Positions 60,118-64,000 of a stretch of DNA of 64,000 bases are shown piece by piece. Both the position numbers and the translations under genes were made by a program. Below the pieces are notes generated by a model. It was given only the letters and a program-made list of their open reading frames with translations, did not search any database and was not told the origin of the DNA. This DNA comes from Bryobacterales bacterium. GTDB lineage: Bacteria; Acidobacteriota; Terriglobia; Bryobacterales; Bryobacteraceae. Every line of letters begins with the position of its first letter. Position 1 is the stretch's first letter. The stretch lies in NCBI GenBank assembly GCA_963785255.1, contig CAWAUR010000003.1:443057-507056 (forward strand). The letters run 5' to 3'.

Positions 60118-60160
60118 CGGGTGGTGGGTGGTGGGTGGGTGGTGGGTTAGGTGTGGTGGG
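60118..60160 (+). repeat. G-tract repeat (GGGTGGT)n with a canonical G-quadruplex motif
   Basis: GGGTGGTGGGTGGTGGGTGGGTGGTGGGTTAGGTGTGGTGGG. At least five GGG runs with 1-4 nt loops on the + strand; this is the C-rich strand on the operon mRNA. Confidence 0.6.
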
Positions 60161-60174
60161 TCGGCGAGGAGACA

Positions 60175-61863
60175 TTAGAGCTCCTGGGTCACTCGCATGA
60201 CCTCGGCGACCGTTGTCACCCCCATGCGAATTTTGCGCCAGCCATCCTCGCGCAGATTCCGCATGCCGTAGCGGCGGGCGGCCTGGGTCAGCGCGCCGGC
60301 GTCTTCATTCGCCATGATGCGGCTGCGCAACTCCTCGTTCAGCTCCATCATCTCGAAGATACCCATGCGGCCGGCGTAGCCCGATCCGCCGCAACTCTCG
60401 CAACCCGCGCCGCGCCACGTTTCCAGGCGCTCGCCTTCGGGCGAAATGGCGTTGCCGGCGGACGTCTTGCAATTGGGGCACAGCAACCGGACGAGGCGCT
60501 GCGCCAGCACGGCCACCAGCGAGGAGGTCACCAGATAATTCTCCACGCCCATATCGGTGAGGCGCGTGATGGCGCTGGGCGCATCGTTAGTATGCAGCGT
60601 GGAAAAAACCAGATGGCCGGTAAGCGCCGCGCGAATGGCGATATCGGCTGTTTCGCGGTCGCGGATTTCGCCCACCATGATCACGTCGGGGTCCTGGCGC
60701 ACGATATGCCGCAGTCCCGCGGCAAACGTCAACCCGATTTGCGGATTGACGTGGATCTGGTTGATGCCATCCATCTGGTATTCGACCGGGTCTTCGATGG
60801 TGATGATTTTTTTGTCCGGAATATTGATACGCTTGAGCGCCGAGTAAAGCGTCGTCGACTTGCCGCTGCCGGTGGGCCCGGTGACTAGAAAAATGCCGTG
60901 CGGCAGGGACGTAAAATGCTCCATGCGCGAGAGCATGAAATCGTCAAAGCCCAGCCTCCGCAGATCGTAGAAATCGCCGGCCGAGCGATCCAGCAGGCGC
61001 ATGACGACGCTTTCGCCGTACAGAGTAGGCAGCGTGGAAACACGCAAATCCACTTCGCGGCCCAGAATTTTGATCTTGATGCGGCCATCCTGCGGCAGGC
61101 GGCGTTCGGCGATGTTGAGCTTGGCCATCAGCTTCAGACGCGAAATGATGGCGCTCTTCAACTCGCGCGGCGGAGCTTCTTCATTGAAGAGCACGCCATC
61201 CACGCGAAAGCGCACGCGAAACTCTTTCTCGAAGGGCTCGATATGGATATCGCTGGCGCGCCGCTCGATGGCTTGCGCGATCATGGCGTTGACCAGCCGG
61301 ATGACAGGCGCTTCGCTGGCCATATCGCGCAGGTGTTCGAGATCTTCGTTGGCCTGTGCTATCCCCACTTCGGCGTCGAGCGATTGGCGGGCGCTCTCGC
61401 CGTAGTGCTTATCGACCGCGTCCAGGACTTCCTGTTCGGAAGCCAGCGCGGTCTCGATTCTCAGGCCGGTGAAGGCGCTTACCGCGGCGATGGTATCGAA
61501 ATCCAGCGGATCGGCCATGGCCAGCGTGAGCGTGGAATCGCGCACGGCCATGGGGACAAAGCGGCATTGGCGCATGAAGCGGGCCGAAAGCCCTTCCAGT
61601 TCGGGAGCGGCGGGCGGCGGCGCATCGAGCGTGGCCAGCGGCAAGGCCAGTTGTTCGGAAAGGGCCGCCAACACGTCGCGCAGGGCCAGGAAGCCCATAT
61701 CGACCAGGATTTTGCCGAGTTTATCGCCGCGTTCGCGTTGCAGTTCAAGGGCGCGTTCGAGGTCTTCCGGCTGGATGAGCTTGCGGGCGATGAGCATCTC
61801 GCCTAGCCGTAGAACGGCGGGGCTGGGGGCTAGGGGCTGGGGGCTGGGGGCTAGGGTGGACAA
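60175..61863 (-). CDS. gspE: Type II secretion ATPase GspE
   Basis: N-terminal T2SSE_N-type domain (..LGEMLIARKLIQPEDLERALELQ..), Walker A GPTGSGKSTT, ..VGEIRD.ETA..A..AALTGHLV.STLHTNDA.., and a CxxC..CxxC cluster. TTG at 61863; ATG at 61797 is an alternative start. Confidence 0.9.
   Translation of the reverse strand: MSTLAPSPQPLAPSPAVLRLGEMLIARKLIQPEDLERALELQRERGDKLGKILVDMGFLALRDVLAALSEQLALPLATLDAPPPAAPELEGLSARFMRQCRFVPMAVRDSTLTLAMADPLDFDTIAAVSAFTGLRIETALASEQEVLDAVDKHYGESARQSLDAEVGIAQANEDLEHLRDMASEAPVIRLVNAMIAQAIERRASDIHIEPFEKEFRVRFRVDGVLFNEEAPPRELKSAIISRLKLMAKLNIAERRLPQDGRIKIKILGREVDLRVSTLPTLYGESVVMRLLDRSAGDFYDLRRLGFDDFMLSRMEHFTSLPHGIFLVTGPTGSGKSTTLYSALKRINIPDKKIITIEDPVEYQMDGINQIHVNPQIGLTFAAGLRHIVRQDPDVIMVGEIRDRETADIAIRAALTGHLVFSTLHTNDAPSAITRLTDMGVENYLVTSSLVAVLAQRLVRLLCPNCKTSAGNAISPEGERLETWRGAGCESCGGSGYAGRMGIFEMMELNEELRSRIMANEDAGALTQAARRYGMRNLREDGWRKIRMGVTTVAEVMRVTQEL
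61818..61858. repeat. GGGGCTGGGGGCTAGGGGCT tract (same family as 25947-26004)
   Basis: GGGGCTGGGGGCTAGGGGCTGGGGGCTGGGGGCTAGGGTGG. It overlaps the annotated 5' end of gspE (translated PSPQPLAPSP). Confidence 0.7.
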
Positions 61864-62379
61864 TCAGAACTCCACCGTGCGGATGGCGGTTTCTCGGGTT
61901 GCGTTACTTAGGAGCTTCTGCCGCTCCGCCTGCATCACGATTTGGTTCGGTAGCCCGCTGTAATCCTCCCACGAATAATGAAACAGCGAAACGGCCAGCA
62001 CCACCTGTTCACTGGGCGGCAGATTTTCGAGCGAGGCTGCCGCGGCGATCATCATTTCGCGCATCTTCTGCTTTAGTGCCGGCAGGCGCTGCAACTTGCG
62101 GTCGCGAATGCGCGCGATTTCCGCCTTGCCGAACACCGGGCGAAAGGGACTCAGGTTCGGGCTGATGATGAGGTTCAGCTCACTGCTGAAGACCGCGCCG
62201 TAGCCTTCCAGATAGACGCCGCGCGTAGGACCCAGCAGATCGAAGGCTTCGGTGGCGGAAGCGAGGCGTCCATCGCAATCCCGCTCCACCCCCGCCAGCG
62301 CGTTGCGCGTGACATGCGGATGCGGCGCGGCTTCCTGGCCGGCAAAGAAGAAAGCCAGCAGGACGAGCAGCCCGTTCAT
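61864..62379 (-). CDS. Hypothetical secreted protein
   Basis: 171 aa. Signal peptide MNGLLVLLAFFFAGQEAA. ATGA overlap with the anti-sigma gene, and it abuts gspE. No recognisable family. Confidence 0.5.
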   Translation of the reverse strand: MNGLLVLLAFFFAGQEAAPHPHVTRNALAGVERDCDGRLASATEAFDLLGPTRGVYLEGYGAVFSSELNLIISPNLSPFRPVFGKAEIARIRDRKLQRLPALKQKMREMMIAAAASLENLPPSEQVVLAVSLFHYSWEDYSGLPNQIVMQAERQKLLSNATRETAIRTVEF

Positions 62380-62981
62380 CGCGCCTCCTGCGGGGCGGCT
62401 TCGTTGCTGGCCAGGATCAATCGGTTCAGGCGCTTCTTTTCAACGTCCAGATACTCCTGCACACGCACCATCATGGACTGGGTTTCGAGCGCGTGGCGCC
62501 TTTCGGAAGCCGCCAACAGCTTCTCCGTCTCCTGGGCCTGGCGGGCTTCGCTGGCAGCTACGGCCTGGGCCACCGCGTCGTGCATGCGCCTGGTGAAATC
62601 GGCCTGCAGACTGGCGAGAGTGACGCTGGCGGCGGGGACCGGCGCGACCGGTTGCACGGCGGGACGTGTGAGAGAGAACACGATCAACGCCGCGGACAGC
62701 ATGGCTGCCGAAGCGAAACCCAATCGCGCGGCCGATCCCCAAAACGCCTCCCACCCCCGGCGGAATCGGGAAGGTTGAAACACCGGGTCGGAAACGAAAC
62801 CAATCCTTTGCGGGATCTCCTCATCGGGCAGTGCCAGCAGGGCCGTTTCCGTGCCCCGCAGCCGGTCGAGTTCTTCGCGGCAATGCGCACAGGTCTTGAC
62901 ATGCACTTCCGTCAGCCGGCGCTCCTTTTCCGCGAGCTCCTTGAAATAATAATCGCGCAAATCGAATGGCGAGCAACTCAT
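62376..62981 (-). CDS. Anti-sigma factor (zf-HC2 type, single TM)
   Basis: ..LTEVHVKTCAHCREELDRL.. (H-x3-C-x2-C) and TM segment ARLGFASAAMLSAALIVFSL. Located downstream of an ECF sigma gene. Confidence 0.75.
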   Translation of the reverse strand: MSCSPFDLRDYYFKELAEKERRLTEVHVKTCAHCREELDRLRGTETALLALPDEEIPQRIGFVSDPVFQPSRFRRGWEAFWGSAARLGFASAAMLSAALIVFSLTRPAVQPVAPVPAASVTLASLQADFTRRMHDAVAQAVAASEARQAQETEKLLAASERRHALETQSMMVRVQEYLDVEKKRLNRLILASNEAAPQEAR

Positions 62982-63036
62982 GATACCCCTCGTGCTTCTA
63001 AGAAACGCGCAAAACGGGGCGCTCCGCGCCGCTTTT

Positions 63037-63732
63037 TCATAGTGGAGTTCCTCCCCTGTATGGCGGCGCCGGACCCGCGCCCCTTTGCGTTTTTACGGGA
63101 GCCAGTTCGGCTTTCAGCAGATCGAGCGCTGTATACAGCCGCGATTTCACGGTGGAAACCGGGGCGGACACGATCTCGGCGATCTCCTCGAATTTGAAGC
63201 CCTGGTAGATTTTGAGGATGACGGTTTCGCGCTGGTCGTGGTTGAGCTTACGCAACGCCGTGGAGACGGCCAGGGTCAATTCGACGGGGAAGACGGCATT
63301 GCCGCCCACGGTGGGCGCGCCTTCCATGGTATCCGGCTGGAGTTCCTCGGTTTCGCCTTCGGGCCGCCGCTTGCGGAACAGCGAATAGGCCTCGTTATGC
63401 GCGATGCGGTAGAGCCACGGGGCGAACCGCGCCGGATCATCCAGTTTGCGGAGATTCTGGTATGCCTTCAAGAAAACGTCCTGACTCAGATCCAGAGCGT
63501 CTTCGCGGTTGGCGACGATGCGCAGCAGGTAATTGTAGACGCGCCTCTCCCATCGGGAAATGAGCAGGTTATAAGCCTCAACATCTCCCCGGCGCGCCTT
63601 ACGAATCAGGTCGGCATCCTCAACCGCCCGAAAGATCAAAGCTCCGGCTCCATGTGGAAAGACGCCTCGATGGCGGAAAAAGTCTGACGTTATTAGTTTA
63701 GCGGGCGGGCAAGGGGCTCGGGATGGAAGCAC
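63037..63732 (-). CDS. ECF-type RNA polymerase sigma-70 factor
   Basis: ..LIRKARRGDVEAYNLLISRWERRVYNYLLRIV.NREDALDLSQDVFLKAY.NLRKL.DPARFAPWLYRIAHNEAYS..RKR.. (region 2) and ..ETVILKIYQGFKFEEIAEIVSAPVSTVKSRLY.AL..L (region 4). The start may lie downstream of 63732. Confidence 0.85.
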   Translation of the reverse strand: MLPSRAPCPPAKLITSDFFRHRGVFPHGAGALIFRAVEDADLIRKARRGDVEAYNLLISRWERRVYNYLLRIVANREDALDLSQDVFLKAYQNLRKLDDPARFAPWLYRIAHNEAYSLFRKRRPEGETEELQPDTMEGAPTVGGNAVFPVELTLAVSTALRKLNHDQRETVILKIYQGFKFEEIAEIVSAPVSTVKSRLYTALDLLKAELAPVKTQRGAGPAPPYRGGTPL

Positions 63733-63884
63733 CTGAAAGGTGCGTTTCAGGCAGTACCCTCGGGATCACGGTGCCTTGCTGCACCGGGGGCGACCCAGAG
63801 GCTGACTGCATACTTGGCAAGGGCGTCCGGAGTCGGATACGATAACCGGTAGTCCACGGTACCGCGTGGCGCATCTGGAAAACG

Positions 63885-64000
63885 ATGAAGCTAAACGTCA
63901 GCCGCGGCCTGCGCAGACTGTTCGTGGCGTTTACGGTTTGCTGGTATTCGCTAGCTTTGGTGGCGCTTTGGCCGGATTGGAAAGCCGCTATCGGCATTCC
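63885..64000 (+). CDS. Hypothetical membrane protein, 5' end only (runs off the window)
   Basis: MKLNVSRGLRRLFVAFTVCWYSLALVALWPDWKAAIGI... An ATG followed by a hydrophobic segment. Weak SD. Confidence 0.25.
   Translation, partial: MKLNVSRGLRRLFVAFTVCWYSLALVALWPDWKAAIGI

Overview
High-GC bacterial chromosome segment. It is probably Acidobacteriota (Bryobacter/Solibacter-like). That guess rests on an ADOP-type duplicated FtsX permease, several GloVer-repeat secreted proteins, and dense GTAG-headed REP palindromes. The core is conserved housekeeping: rplA-rplJ-rplL-rpoB-rpoC, recN, tsaE, nnr, ruvX-mltG, pgm, yggX, plus sugar-acid genes (uxaC, a hexuronate-type MFS transporter, a GH27 alpha-galactosidase). 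On the minus strand an ECF sigma/anti-sigma pair heads a gspE-F-G-H-I-J-K type II secretion-like operon. The accessory content is the more unusual part. (1) A group II intron sits inside a composite REP, and its empty site can be rebuilt from a paralogous REP. (2) A 3.2-kb ISL3-type element carries an arsR-SRPBCC-hydrolase passenger operon and has an intact 8-bp target duplication. It splits a HipA-like kinase gene that is paired with a DUF3037-like gene. (3) hicBA and vapBC toxin-antitoxin cassettes lie directly behind rpoC, each bracketed by a duplicated 3' end of the preceding gene. (4) An orphan pqqA-like peptide gene lies in a 3.8-kb segment bracketed by a diverged duplication. (5) An A/T-richer island sits between recN and an rplA that has lost its usual rplK neighbour. 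(6) At least seven genes take their TAG stop codon from a REP element. No rRNA, tRNA or CRISPR array was found. I could not identify one clear, complete novel multi-gene system. The best candidates for undescribed biology are the kinase/DUF3037 module, the duplication-flanked toxin-antitoxin cassettes and the orphan pqqA context. All similarity calls come from reading the translations by eye; no searches were run.
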